DNA of 64,000 nucleotides from Octopus sinensis (lineage: Eukaryota): contig NC_043008.1 of the NCBI RefSeq assembly GCF_006345805.1, forward strand, positions 42,780,001 to 42,844,000. Reading direction: 5' to 3'. The notes below the pieces were generated by a model. The model worked only from the letters and a program-made list of their open reading frames with translations. It searched no databases and was not told the origin of the DNA. Each line of letters opens with the position of its first letter. The stretch's first letter is position 1. This document shows positions 37,914 through 51,665 of this stretch, in pieces. The position numbers and the translations under genes were made by a program.

Positions 37914-38076
37914 ACACACAGACAGACACACACACCGGCGTGCTGTAATGATTTATAATCAAACACCTCCAGGCTGAGACGGACATACAGGAAGAAGACA
38001 TAGACCGACATTTGCATATAGGTACATAGAAGACTTCTCAAACCCATTTATACATTAGGCACACACACTGTACTAT

Positions 38077-38119
<43 letters not shown>

Positions 38120-38172
38120 CATACATACATGCATTCATACATATATATATTTATATGTGTGCGTGTTTATGA

Positions 38173-38238
<66 letters not shown>

Positions 38239-38504
38239 ATGAGTATGAATGCATATCTGTACATTTATGTATGAATTTGTAAGGTGTGATAAATAATATC
38301 TTTCTGCGTGCTAGAAGATAAACAGGTTTTCAGATAAGATTAATAATACTGTTGCTTGTAGTAGTAGTGGTGGTGGTGGTGGCGGCGGGAAAACGTTACA
38401 CACGATAACAGCATATTCGAGGTGTAAGATATAATGAAGATGTATAAAACATAACAACAAATTATTGAACAAAGACAGTAACAAGAAATAGAACAACAAC
38501 GTCG

Positions 38505-38805
38505 CCATTATCATCATCATCACGATCATCATCACCATCACCACCACCACCTCATCGCCACCACCACCTCATCACCACCACCACCTCATCACCACCACCA
38601 CCATCATCATCATCACCATCACTATCATCATCATCAAGATCATCATCACCACCACCACCAAAACCACCACCATCACCACCACCACCACCATCACCACCAC
38701 TACAACTACAACCACCACCACCACCATCATCATTTGTAGGAGATTCATCAATAACGATTGCTGCAGCAACATTAGCAGCAGCAGCAGCAGCAGCAGTAGC
38801 AGCAA
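38505..38805. repeat. (CAC)n/(CAT)n/(CAG)n low-complexity tract
   Basis: Trinucleotide arrays. Confidence 0.93.
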
Positions 38806-39547
38806 CCACAAACAAGTGTGTCGCCATTGAGAGTTGGGCAGAAGATTTGAAATTTGTCTGTAAATTACCTAAACTAATTGTCTTTTCACCTGTTTTCCCC
38901 GAAGGCCAGGTACAGAAATAAGTAAATTAGATTTACTATGAAAGACTGCCTTAGATTTAATCTTATTTTCCTTCAATTCTTCGCGAAAACCAACTGAAAG
39001 GAATAGATTGACAGCATCGTACCAAGTTCAGTTCTTAAGAATTCTACGACACTCTTCAGTTTTTCCATTTATTATTGCAATGCCTTTTACTCGTCTATTT
39101 TGGTATTATCTTATTTGTGAAATAAATTTATCTTAGAGCACATGTTGTTAACTGGAAATAGCCAGTTGATAGCCCCAGGGAGTCGCCATAAAGCCTGGGG
39201 TAGGGGCACGGAAACCAATGTATGGTACCAATCTTTTGTATCATTTTCCACAAATAAATATGTCAAAGTACTACTATGACAAAATCCAGAGGAATTTTAT
39301 CCTCTTCTGTTCCTGGTTACCCAAATGTCAAACCAATTTATTGATCCTTTTCCAAGTTATTCTGGCATCCAACATATAGAACAAGAGAAGATGAGGATTT
39401 CTATAGTCTGGTAAAAGGAATTATGAAGGTGTATTTGCTTAATACTAATTAGGCAATCTCGTATCGTAAATGGTTAATAACATTGTCTTAGAATGCAGAG
39501 GAATGCATCTAATTGCCCTTTGGTGCTTCCATAGTATTTATTATTAT

Positions 39548-39725
39548 GGCAGTTGCTAGAACATCAGACCAAATGTTTAGTGGTGTTTCTTCCGGTCCGG
39601 TACGTTCTGAGCTCAAATGTCGCCGAGGTCAGTTCTTTCCATCCTTTCGGAACCGACAAATTAAGTATCAAATTAAATCGATACAATAGAGTTGACCCTC
39701 CCATTAAAATTACTGGCCTTCTGCC
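39548..39725 (+). mobile_element. SINE family A, degenerate
   Basis: tacgttctgagctcaaatgtcgccgaggtc..ttccatcctttcgg..aaattaagta..ggccttctgcc. Confidence 0.75.
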
Positions 39726-41331
39726 ATGTTGTTGTTGTTCTTGTTTTGCCCCGTGCCAGCCCTGATTGTACAGAAGTTTCACTCCTATCCTTTTCCCACA
39801 TCCACTTTCTAAGATGGCAGGGATAGGGTTTAAATGCAATTTGATTGCTATTTCTGTTAATTTGAGGGACCACGTCGTTGCCTGGTTAAGCGCGAGTTCT
39901 CCCATCGGATGAACCCGCAGCGTTACATCGTTCTGACTTTCTTGTAGTGTTTTATCCGCAAAGATAAAACACTACAAGTCATTGCTTTCCCCCAACTGGG
40001 TGGCCATTGGTCCTCAGAGGGATTATCCGTCCTTCGACAAGTCTGGGTGTCCAGATAGCTTCCTCACGAAAGTAGCAAGCTACTTAAATAATGGAGTCGG
40101 TTGTACTGGTATTTACAAGGTATCAATCAACTGCAGGTCTCATCAGTCTGCGATGAGGACTCTGACCTGACTTAAACTTAAACCAGTGGAATTTGGGTGA
40201 CAGGAATTGTACGGAAGTCTATTGAGTGGACAGTTCTTGTTCTTGGGTCGTAGACTTCAGCTTTTGTCCACTTTTAATACAACCACTTGACCCTCGATCC
40301 CTTGACCCTTCGGGTGTCCATTCTGTTACAATCATTCAGGTTTCAGTCCTTCGGTTCGAGGATAACTTTCTACCTTCGTTCCTTTCAGGTGGACGCTGAA
40401 TTTGTTTCCCTGTCAAAACCCTTTAAAATATTCCAAACACACTGACTGTACCTCGCGTTCGAAACTATATTTTTGAGATACTGTAGCGAGTGATGTAAAA
40501 TAAAGGGCGCAGTTTCAATCCTTATTTAAAGTCGTTATACATCACTCATACTGCTAATGTACCTTAACAAAGACAAAAAAGCAAGTTTCTATAATTTTAA
40601 AAATTCCTTTCTCATTAAACCATGATGCTTTCGTCTCCCCTTCAAGCGAAAACAATATAGTATATATAATCTGCTTATCCCCGGGACAGCTTCAATCGAA
40701 TATTTCTACTATCAAAGGTGTTCCAACCCTGACTACCACATCGTTTCCTAAAACATGTTGTAACCAGAATAGTATTATTTTGTAACTAATTCCTAACTTT
40801 AATGTCGTCAGGAAGTGATTAGAAGGAGATTTGGCTGCGGTTTTGGGCAGCGTTGGTAATCCCTTTGAATAAAGAACCAGTTGTGCGACTTTATTCTCTC
40901 GCATTGATTTCATAATAAACTACGTTGGTTACTGATTAAAAGAAACCCAGTAATACTAAGACCATTGCTAATCCATACAAAGCCTAAAGACTGTTCTGGA
41001 ATGACTTCTCTGATCTTGCTGTCGACTTTCATTCATCAGTGTCCTTCTCACCTCCACCCCGCGACCAAACCCATCTCTAGCGACACTGTTGCACCTTCTC
41101 TTCTTGGAACCACTCTTACCACCACCACCACCGCCGCCGCCGCAGTCGCCGCCACCACCAAAACACAGCAGGACATTTGCTTGTTCTCTTACATTTGTTC
41201 GTCGTCGCTGTTCACTTGGAGTTTTATGTACATTATCGATCGATCGCTTTCTAATTTCGTTATGGACCGTCATATTCCGTTTTATTGTTACAGTTGTCTC
41301 GATGTTATATTTACATCTAGTGTGTATATAG

Positions 41332-41375
<44 letters not shown>

Positions 41376-41599
41376 ATGAGGTGTGTGAGTGCCGGTAATG
41401 TTAGAACGTTTAGAGTTTTATGAGGCGGTGTGTGTGTGTGTGTGTCTCCGAATGTCTTCCACGAATCACAGATTTCACCTCAGGCGAGACACACCCAGAT
41501 TGCTTGAAGCCAATTTATTTCAAAACAGCAATTATAACTTCATGTTTCAAAACTTGTTTTCTTTTGGACAGGAGTTTCACCGGAGATGCGTAGAAGGGT

Positions 41600-41795
41600 G
41601 CCTCTAAGTCGGTGCTAGACTTGCTAGAAAGAATAGCCAGACTCTCTCAATTCCAAATTAATTGAAGAGGGACAGAAACTTTGGATTGTGTGGTCTTGAA
41701 TATAAAAAAAGGACAGGATGATCATAGTTGGAACGTCTTTGATCATTAGTCCGCTCGTTGAGAGCCGACCTGGGGCTAAGCAACAACAACAAAAA
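41600..41795 (+). mobile_element. Interspersed repeat family D (SINE-like, (CAA)n tail)
   Basis: gacttgctagaaa..gcca...tttgatcat...gacctggggctaa(caa)n; related copies at ~39728-39875(-), 40680-40860(-), 44305-44390(+), 48555-48720(+), 51930-52177(+). Confidence 0.75.
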
Positions 41796-41852
41796 CCAGC
41801 AAAAACCACATAAATAATATATAACAACTTTTTGGTTGAATCTGTTGCTCTT

Positions 41853-42056
41853 GGTGTTGTTGTTGTTTGACCCTAGGTCAGTCTTTTGAACCAACATGCC
41901 TATGATCAAAGGCATGATCTAGTGATGAACATCTTTTCCCTATCAGACACAGGATATCTAGGACCGCATTATCCAATGTGTCCTTCCCTTAACTAAGAAT
42001 GTAGGACATGGTCCGAGTAAGCTTTGACTGCTATTTTTAACAGGTTGAGTCACTAC
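41853..42056 (-). mobile_element. Family D copy, inverted relative to 41600 copy
   Basis: (ttg)n-accctaggtcag..ctatgatcaaaggca..ttgactgctattt..caggttgag. Confidence 0.75.
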
Positions 42057-42123
42057 GCCGCAGCAACTTTTTAAACTTGTCTTGGACTTGTTGTGACACG
42101 TCTATGTTAAATGAAATAGTGAA

Positions 42124-42397
42124 GGCACGTGGTTTAGTGGATAGGGTGTTCGGATCAGGATCGTAAGACGCTGAGTTCGATCCCGGTAGCACGTTGAGTC
42201 CTTGAGTAGGACACTTTTTTTCACGTTGCTCTAGTCCACTCAGCTGGCAAAAAATAAGGTGTACCTGTGTTTCAACGTGCCTACCTTGTCACATTCTGTG
42301 TCACGCTGAAAATCTCTAAGGACTACGAAAGGTTCTTAGCCACTGGCACTTGACCGGATTAACTCGAACCCACCTCGTCGTAACCGACGGAGTGCCA
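42124..42397 (+). mobile_element. tRNA-derived SINE family C
   Basis: tggtttagtggatagg (A box), gagttcgatccc (B box), gtccttgagtaggacacttt..cacgttgctctagtccactcagctg. Confidence 0.8.
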
Positions 42398-42780
42398 ATT
42401 CATTGCTAAATGGTACCGGTATTATATGGTATATCAGTTAAATGGCTTATCGATATCAAATTGGTACATCTTTATTAAACGGTATATGTATTATATGATA
42501 TATATATGATATATCTGTGATATGGTATATCAGTTTTCTTTAATATTTGGGTCTGGATGGTGAAGGATTTGTGTTTGTGGCCTTCTCAGACCCTACAAGA
42601 CCGATGGAATCCACATGGTTTATGTGACTGCAAACGTCAATGTCATCAGTATCGATTCTTTAATCACGGATTAGTGCTGCAATTTTCTGAAGGAACTGAA
42701 GCAAGTACATTGATATCGGCAAAAACGACAGAATATAATATTATTGTCTTGGATTAAGAATTGAAACTGGGTCGCGAGCC

Positions 42781-42818
<38 letters not shown>

Positions 42819-42859
42819 CCTCTCTCTCGCACACACGCCGACACACACACACAAACACA

Positions 42860-43062
<203 letters not shown>

Positions 43063-43595
43063 TTTTTTAGATTTACACATTACCTCGCCTGTGAAATGTA
43101 TTAATATATATAATAGTCTGATACTTACGTAATTACAAGCAGCATAAGTAACATAAATAGAAATAAGACATTAGTGTAAGTGCTATTACTGTATTAACAC
43201 GATGGCAATGTTGAATTCATGGCTGACATATTGGCTCACTCGTATTCAAAGAAGCAGACGACAGCAACTACAAGCTGTTTAGTTACTTGTTAAATAACGA
43301 AAGTGAATATGGAGGGGGAAAAAGTGGTGAGAAATGAAATAGGCCATTTATTGCTTCATAAGTGAAATTCGTAAGCAAGAAGGAATATAATTAGCTCCAG
43401 AAAGGTATAGGCAAAATGTTCATATTGTATAGACCGGACAGCAGCCATTTATTTATTCATTTATATGTTTATATTAGTCTTTGCCTTGCTATAATATATT
43501 GGAACAGTTACGTTACCAAAATGGCTACAAGCAATACCGTGTTCAATAGAAATCGTTTTGCTTAGGTATGTTTGACTATATAAATAAATAAATAA

Positions 43596-43657
<62 letters not shown>

Positions 43658-44759
43658 TATATATATATAAACTCACACACACACATACGCACATATGCAA
43701 GGAGAGAGAGAGAGAGGGAGAGAGAGAGAGAGAGAGATAGCATATATATATTAGATAAGATCGATACTGGCAACAATTTGAGTAGCAAATTTTATAATGA
43801 AGTAGCGATTGGAAATGTAATGAGAGTTTGTGAGTAGTTTTGAGGGTATTTTGTTTGTTAGGCGGCATGTGGAGGTGGGATTCTGACTTCCGGAAGAAAC
43901 AGCTACTCTGAACTAAATTAAGAGAAATATATCGGGAATAACGGATAATACTGGAGTTAGAATATAAACCTTCCATAGAATGACTGAGATGGGAATGGGA
44001 GTGGAATGGACGGAAACAAAAAGAAAAAGAAAAAAAAAAGAAACGAAAATAGAGAAATGAATGGAAAAGAATATCAAGCAACGAAGAAGATACGGAAATG
44101 CTTCTAAAATTGCCAATAAAGAGTTTAAAATAAATAAAAGATTATTAATGTTCTTGATAACTCCGTGATAAATATGGCGGTGTAAAATATTAAGTCTAAA
44201 TACATGGAGTCTGGGATGGAATTGTGAAGTTATTTCTCCAAATATGTTGCTATTTAAACTAATCCGAACGTCACATGACAGGCTCGAAACAACGAAGTCT
44301 CTTCCACATGGTCGATCGACCTGATAGTAATATAAATCTCGATAAAATAATATGCTATCATTTAAGAAAGGAAAGATACGTTAAATAATATACACCCTGC
44401 AGTGTATATATAACTATTGCATGTTTATTCGTCGTCATGTGAACAGAGACACTAAACATGGAAGCGGTTTTTTAAAACAATTTCTTCATAGGTAAAGAAA
44501 AGATTTCAGCCCAACTGGGTATAGGACACTTTTCAGGGACATCGCAGCTGTCCTTTGGCTGTTCACAGAAAAATTGCATTTATAGTTAAAGTGAATGAGA
44601 ATCCCACCAGACTGTAAATTCCGATTTGCATAAAGAGTTCTTGCTTGCCGCTAGGTTAATTAATTACATAATGAAGTACCTAATATTATGTATTTAGATA
44701 ATGGGAATGCTTCGTACAACATATTAAAGCAATGTACTTTATACATTGCTTTAACGGAC

Positions 44760-44863
44760 GTATACGCACACACATGCGCGCACACACACACGCGCGCACA
44801 CACACACGCGCGCACACACACATGCGCGCACACACACAAGCGCGCACACACACGCACGCACAC
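44760..44863. repeat. Alternating purine-pyrimidine (GC)n(AC)n minisatellite
   Basis: Repeats of gcgcgcacacacac, almost unbroken RY alternation. Confidence 0.9.
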
Positions 44864-45059
44864 TCACCCCCCCACACACACTGCACTACATCAGTGTATT
44901 TTGTTATGGTGCTCGGCTTTTTGCTCATTCGGTTATATCAGTATTTGTCCTCTTATTTTATTGGGTATCGATCTTGTAGAGTATTTGTTGCATGAACTGT
45001 GTTGTTTCATTCTATTAAGTGCTTGTTGTAAAATGGCTTCTGTCGCGTGTAAAATTAAA

Positions 45060-45930
45060 TTCTATTTTGGCTGTGGGACATTTTGAACTTTGCAGAGCGT
45101 AAGCTGTTCTTTGTAGAGCAATATTTTGGACAGTGTGTAGTGTTGTGCCTCCTCATATGGCTCCTATATTCTTATTTCCTTTTTTCCTTATGCCTTATGC
45201 TTCAATTATTATTACATTTACACTTTCATACTCCACATTTTAAATATTTTGATTTTGAAGATCCTTGTATTCGAGAGTTTTCCACATTTTTTCGCACGAT
45301 ATTTTCCTCTCAACCGATTAGGACATCTATCAATCTCTCTGTGTGTTTTCCCCAACCATTGATTATTATGTCTCCATCTCTTCGTCAGTTTGAACTCATG
45401 TATATCAAATGATTGAGTTTAGGCCATTGTCTTGTACAATGTTGGTTACACTTTTAATTTCTCTGTTTTCACATCGAAGTGTGAGTTTATTGTTCAGACG
45501 ATTTAGCTGTCAACCTGACCATGTTTTGTGCGTAAATTCAGATTTTACAAGCACTGAGAAGCCGGAGGTGATGTGTTAAACGTCTAATTGTGTTGGTTGT
45601 ACATTCTGTATTTGTTGTTAGGATCCATTTTCATTATTTTGTTCTTATGTTTGTAATAATACATTGGTCTTGTGCAGCGATAACCCGTCCTTCCGTTTCT
45701 GCTTCTAGTATGGAGTTTCTTTAACCACTGTTGTCATTTTCTTTCACTTTAGCTTTCTTCTCTTCTATCAAATCTTGATAGGTTTTGACCATGGAGTAGA
45801 TTTTCTCTCCATTTCGTCATTATGTTTTGTAATTGTTTTCCTGTTGTTTTTGTCTATTCAAACCATTTCTTTTGCGTTCTTTCCTAAGTTTATTGCTTCA
45901 GCGTAGTTTGCTTCTGTTTTGAATCTTATC
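45060..45930 (-). mobile_element. Degenerate R4/Dong-like retrotransposon (zinc knuckle and RLE region)
   Basis: QQWL...LEAETEGRVIAAQDQ (cf. WL...L..ETEG...AAQDQ), HITSG.SVL..SEF, LIDV, YKDLQIKIFKMW, VQNIALQRTA. Confidence 0.75.
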
Positions 45931-45936
45931 ACTTAC

Positions 45937-45940
<4 letters not shown>

Positions 45941-46002
<62 letters not shown>

Positions 46003-46503
46003 TCTCTTTATCACCGGTTTTGTAGGACCTCCTGGAGTCTTGCATGTTTAGCGGGCTTCCTACCTGCAGCCCACGGTACCATGCTATCCGTTCTCTTCAG
46101 CTATCTAATACTTTCCTGATTATTCTAGTCGTGTCAAGGAGGTAAACCTTTTCTAACAGTTCTTCTGTGCACTCTATTCCAATTCCCTTTATATTCCCCT
46201 TGATGCCTTCTGACACTGTCCCGAAGGAACTAACAATAATTGGCGCTATCTTCACCTTCTTCATATTCCTTAGCCTGGCTATTTCGTACTTACGAAAGTT
46301 GTACCTATCTGTCTTTTCGCCTTTCTTCTTGACTATTCATGGATCAAAGGAGCATGCAACATCAACTGTATAGCATATGTGGTGCATCTTGTCCACCGCC
46401 ACTCGGTCCGGTCCCTTATGCTCCAGCACCGGGTCTGTTTGGATTGGGAAATCCCAGAGAATTTTGCTAGGCTCCGACTCCGCCACTCTCTGTGGTTTGT
46501 GCT
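45941..46503 (-). mobile_element. R4/Dong-like retrotransposon 3' end with (TAA)n tail
   Basis: EHKPQRVAESEPSKILWDFPIQTDPVLEHKGPDRVAVDKMHHICYTVDVACSFDP*...EKTDRY...EIARL...APIIVSSFG...TRIIRKVLDS*; short UTR then (TAA)n at 45941-46000. Confidence 0.9.
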
Positions 46504-46575
<72 letters not shown>

Positions 46576-46586
46576 CACCACCACCA
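46504..46586. repeat. (ACT)n-(ACC)n microsatellite
   Basis: Direct tandem repeat at the 5' junction of the R4-like copy. Confidence 0.96.
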
Positions 46587-46855
46587 TTATTCCAACTGAA
46601 ATCTCTCGAATCATATAGTATACACGAAGACACAACAACGCCTGCGACATATTTGATCTCGTAACCCATGTTTCCGTAGATGAAAACCGTGTTCACTCGC
46701 CTCCAATTCATTCAAAATAAATCTCGTTTTTGGTCATGCATTTGATTTGAAGCTGTCCAAAATGGAACTAATTTGATGTTTTTCAAATTTTGTCGTCTTT
46801 GAAAGAAGGAGGTAAAAATCAGTGATTGTGAAGGTCTCTTACAATGAAAGATCAA

Positions 46856-46881
46856 CACGTGACATAACAGGTCAAAGGTCA
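46856..46881 (+). promoter_or_regulatory. E-box plus perfect DR1 nuclear-receptor element
   Basis: CACGTG at 46856-46861; AGGTCA-A-AGGTCA at 46869-46881. Confidence 0.45.
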
Positions 46882-47603
46882 CACTATGGTGCCTCGTAAA
46901 AACCTAGCATCTTCTTTCTTTGTATGACAGTCAGGAGTTATTTATCATCTTATGTTTCTCGCAGAGAAAATGTATTTGGTAGATTGAGAGAGGTTGCACT
47001 GTAATCTGTAAGTGTCTGAAGTGTTTCTGCAAGATAAGAAAGATATTGGCATGGTTCCTGGGTGAATGGATGGCGGTTGGTTTGTAGAAGAAAGTTTGGT
47101 AAAGCGGATAAGACGCTGAAGCAAGATAAGAATTTTTAATCTACTTGCTATCAAAACGATACACATACGTACACAGTTATATACATCCACCACACATCGG
47201 TACATAATGCTCACACACAAACATACATAAAAAGTATATATAAGAACATATAAACGTACACACACACACACACACACATATATATATGTATACATGTATG
47301 AATACTGACAAAATGTGCATATATACATACATAGATATATGCATACATACTTCATTCCTGATTATGTATATACACATGTAAGTTATATGCAGATATAGAG
47401 AAAGTGATGTATGTACACACACAGACACACACATATATACAGACAGATATAAAGTTATTAGATGGATAAATGGATAGATATCGATATAGACACACAGAAA
47501 AGAACAACAACAAAACAAACTAATAACTTTTGGTGCGTTTGGTTAGGTTAATAAGATCGATAGTCAATAGATATATTCACACACCCATACACGCGTGCAC
47601 GCA

Positions 47604-47652
<49 letters not shown>

Positions 47653-49384
47653 TTATTGGTGCATTTCCTTCAGCTAATAAGATGCTGGTAAAGCTAAAGA
47701 AATAATCTTTGAAATGTTCTGAAAATCCACTCTGTAAGTAGAACAATAGAAATATGCAAGACTTTTCTGAAAGTCAACATGTAACATTATAATTCTAAAG
47801 GTTATCTAAATATGTTATGATGGAACATTCTTTGTTTAAAGAATTCAGACAAGACAAAAAGAAACGTTTATACAACTCGTAATTCTTCACAGATGCTGAC
47901 TTTAGTGAATTAAAAGAGAAAGTTAAAGAGGGTTGTAAAGATAGATGGCATGTCGGCAGGTGGTAAGGCAGGTAGATAAGTCGGTTGGTTTATATATATA
48001 GATAGGTAGGTAGGTAACTAGCGAGGTCGAATGAGTTTCGGTTTCGGGCCCTTATTGATCTCTTTTAAGCTAGCAGAGTTTGACAAGACTGTAGATGATG
48101 TTAATGCTGGAAAGATTATCGACCAGTGAAGGCTTTAGAGGAGTTAATCTTCTAAAGGAAGAATGTATGAAACAAAAACGAAATTTAGCGCACTGAAGAA
48201 TTGAAAGGAAGCAACTCTGAACGAACCGCCTTGGCACATGCAGCGACGACGTCGCGATATTACCGGAAGCGGATTGTGAAAACAGGTGGGTCGTCTTGTT
48301 CGGAGATTTCCACTTAGATGCGAGTAAAAGTGTTGCTGGTGTTAAGTGTTAGATATACTCGAGATTTTCAAGGGAAACGATGATCTTTCTTAAATAGGCG
48401 TCATCCACACAGTCCTGTGAATCTCCACTTTTATGAATAGGGAGCAACTGAGCCTTGGTCTAACTCGGAATGTGATTGAGGAAAGTAAATAGAGCTGACT
48501 TCATTAAAACATACAACTGATCTAGACAATGAGGGGGCTTCTATGAGGATGCCTGTTAGAAATAATAGCTACTAAATCTCCTTCGGGCCATACCCTATGC
48601 TTTTGCAGAAAGACAGATCGAAAAATGAAGTCCCCGATATACAGAATGGAACTTTCGGAAGATCGTTGTTAAGCCTGTTGTATCAGATTGACCTGAGACT
48701 AAAGAACAACAACAACAACGACGACGGGGACAACAGCAACAACATTTAATGGCCCCTGAGAAAGTAGGTGATCGTTTACAATTAGCAAATTCTTACAAAG
48801 AAGACCAGTCGAGTCAATAAAATAAATAACAATCGGGAGGTCGATTTAATGCACCTCAAACCCTCTCTCTATACCGAAGTTGGCCTTGTGCCTGGCCAGT
48901 GGTATCGTTGTTGTTTGTCTTGTTGTTGTTTATTTTGATATTGACGTGTTGTTGTTTATTTATTTATGCTGCACAACTTGATGAAAGTTGTGGAATCAGT
49001 GAAAGACGTTGCAGGCTAAAATACAATAAACTGCTGTAAAAATACTTCATCTCAAACAACTTATAAAGATTTCCTATGAAATTCATCTTCCTCACCTACT
49101 TTCCTTTTTCTCCTCTCGATCGCATACATATACGTACACACACGCATACACACATATATATACACACACATATATATACTCTCACAAACAACCACATAGC
49201 GCACACAAACACATATACACACACGTGTTTGTATGAGTAGATTTATGTAATATGCATGTGTGTAAATATATACATAAATGCCCATATATATGTATATATA
49301 TTATATATATTTTATCATATATGTATATATATGTGTGAATATGTGTATATATATATGTATATATATGTGTATATATACATACAT

Positions 49385-49426
<42 letters not shown>

Positions 49427-49519
49427 TGTATGTATATGTATGCATATACATATGTACACACGTAAGTATGTTTTTTATATATATCTTTCTTTATCTCTCT
49501 TTCTCTCTTTGTCTGTGTT

Positions 49520-49565
<46 letters not shown>

Positions 49566-50622
49566 ATATATATGTGTGTGTGTGTGTATACGTACAGTCA
49601 CATATATTTGTGACTATAGTTGTGTGAGTGTATGTATAAGAATATGTGTATATGTGTGTGTTTATGTGGGTATGTGTTTGTGTGTGTTTATTCGTTGAAA
49701 CTTAGTTAAATGATTATTGAAGTAGAATGAAAAAAAGTCTAAATGAAGAGTGAAGGGAATTTAGAGAGGGCGCTGCTGTATTCGAGACAAACTTCTTTAT
49801 CAGCCAAAGTTGAATCTCGTCTGTCAATAAAACGAGCGAGTTTACTATTGATTTGTAAATGTTTGCTTGTGTCCGGTAATGTTTGATGAATGTATATACA
49901 CTGGGAAAGTCTATACACTGGAAATGTCTATTCCTGATTTCTCAATACAGAAAAATTCAAACAAGGAAACGGCAAATAATTTTAACGAAAACAACAATAC
50001 CAGCAACAACGTTAACATCGGCAAAAGGAAACACAGCACTAAAAAGAGAAGTAAATATTTGTGCAAAGAGCAGAAACAGTTTGACAGTATGGCTGACGTT
50101 TCGTATAAGCCTATATTTGTTGCTAACAGAGTGAACAGTTTTGATTTCCCTTTTGGATACAACGTTTCACCTCTTTTAAACATTCAACCTAAACCTCTGT
50201 TAACATCTTCGTAATGTCTTTATTTCTCTGGTTTTCTTTCCTAATTGTGAATAGAATACTTCTACAGCTGGTTCTCTATTTCTCACTTTATTCCTCCGTT
50301 CGTATCACCCTGAAAGCACTTTTCCACTAGTAAACGTGAACATTCCTTTTCTCGATCAGTTTTTACACAACTCATTTTTTTTTTTATAATTTACTTAAAG
50401 AAGAAGCAGAGCCCATAAGTTTTACTGGGTTTTCCATACGGTTAAGATTAATGCGGTTTCTATGACACAAATAACCAGTATCCACTGTTTATTTAAAAAT
50501 GGAAATATTTTGTAGCCGAGGTATTTTACAACCACTGTGTGACCTGCCTTTAACGTTTGGCTAGAAAACAATTAGGAAGGCGCCTGCAAGATATCCTTTC
50601 CATTGTAATATAAACTGTCAAT

Positions 50623-51022
50623 AAGGCGGCGAGCTGGCAGAAACGTTAGCACGCCGGGCGAAATGCTTAGCGGTATTTCGTCAGCCGTTACGTTCTGAGT
50701 TCAAATTCCGCCGAGGTCGACTTTTCCTTTCATCCTTTCGGGGTCGATAAATTAAATACCAGTTACGCACTGGAGTCGATGTAATCGACTTAATCCGTTT
50801 GTCTGTCCTTGTTTGTCCCCTCTATGTTTAGCCCTTTGTGGGTAATAAAGAAATATGTATTTCGTCTGTCTTTATGTTCTAAGTTCAAATTCCTCCGAGG
50901 TCAACTTTGCTTTTCATCCTTTCGGGGTCGATAAATTAAGTACCAGTTGCGTATTGGGTTCGATCTAATCGATTGGGCCCCTCTCCCCAAATTTCAGGCC
51001 TTGTGCCTAGAGTAGAAAAAAA
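50623..51022 (+). mobile_element. SINE family A, dimeric, with 15-bp TSD
   Basis: tRNA-like head (tggcagaaacgttag; gagttcaaattcc), core repeated twice; flanking aatataaactgtcaa (50607-50621) and aatataaacggtcaa (51021-51035). Confidence 0.93.
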
Positions 51023-51577
51023 TATAAACGGTCAACTTCATCAAATCAAATAAATTTAAGATCTTTTTGAATTTAGTAAACAATAGCCCCCTGTGGGCAA
51101 TAAAGAAATAAGAATTAAGAAATAAGTCGAATTAGATTTAAACGTGGTAAACATAACTGAAGCAAAGGAAGAGAAATGGTTAGGAAAGTTCCATTTCTCA
51201 GAGAAAGTGAAGTCGTATGTCACTGCTTTTCTCACTTGTCGAAGCTGGTATCAAGCAGACAACTTACTATCAAAATTTCGCCACTACCTTTAGGTTGAAA
51301 GGCGGAATGGTGTCTTCGTTTGTCATCAATAAACCAGCAAGTAATTTAGTTACGAAAAGGCTCGCATTGAACAATGTGTCAATCATAAAAATATTTTTGT
51401 TCATTTTACATCTTTAAGAATATCTTTTGGTAAATAAAGAAACCGTTGTTAAAATTAATTGTAGCAGTCCTTTTAGCTGTATTTCGGAACAGAGATTTAT
51501 TTGTTAATGTTACAATTGTCAGCTGTTGCAACCATTTTATAGTCAGACGACTCAGCCGCAGTATGTATTTAGTTTTT

Positions 51578-51665
51578 GAGCCTGGTGCTTATCCTATCGG
51601 AATCTTTTACCGAACCGCTGGGTTAAGAGGACATAAATACACAAACGCCGGTTGTCAAGCAGTGA
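51578..51665 (-). mobile_element. SINE family B 3' fragment
   Basis: Reverse complement of ~16605-16690. Confidence 0.65.

Noticed and set aside
39165-39230. Possible HDV-like ribozyme (ccccagg...cctgggg)
   Set aside because: Only a single 7-bp stem; the nested double pseudoknot could not be built.
42410-42535. Short spaced repeats (tggtatatcagtt-like), superficially CRISPR-like
   Set aside because: Degenerate minisatellite without unique spacers; eukaryotic context, no cas genes.
49867-50214. 115-aa ORF with an Asn/Lys-rich middle
   Set aside because: Non-ATG start, no recognisable domain or convincing splice sites; BLASTX would settle it.
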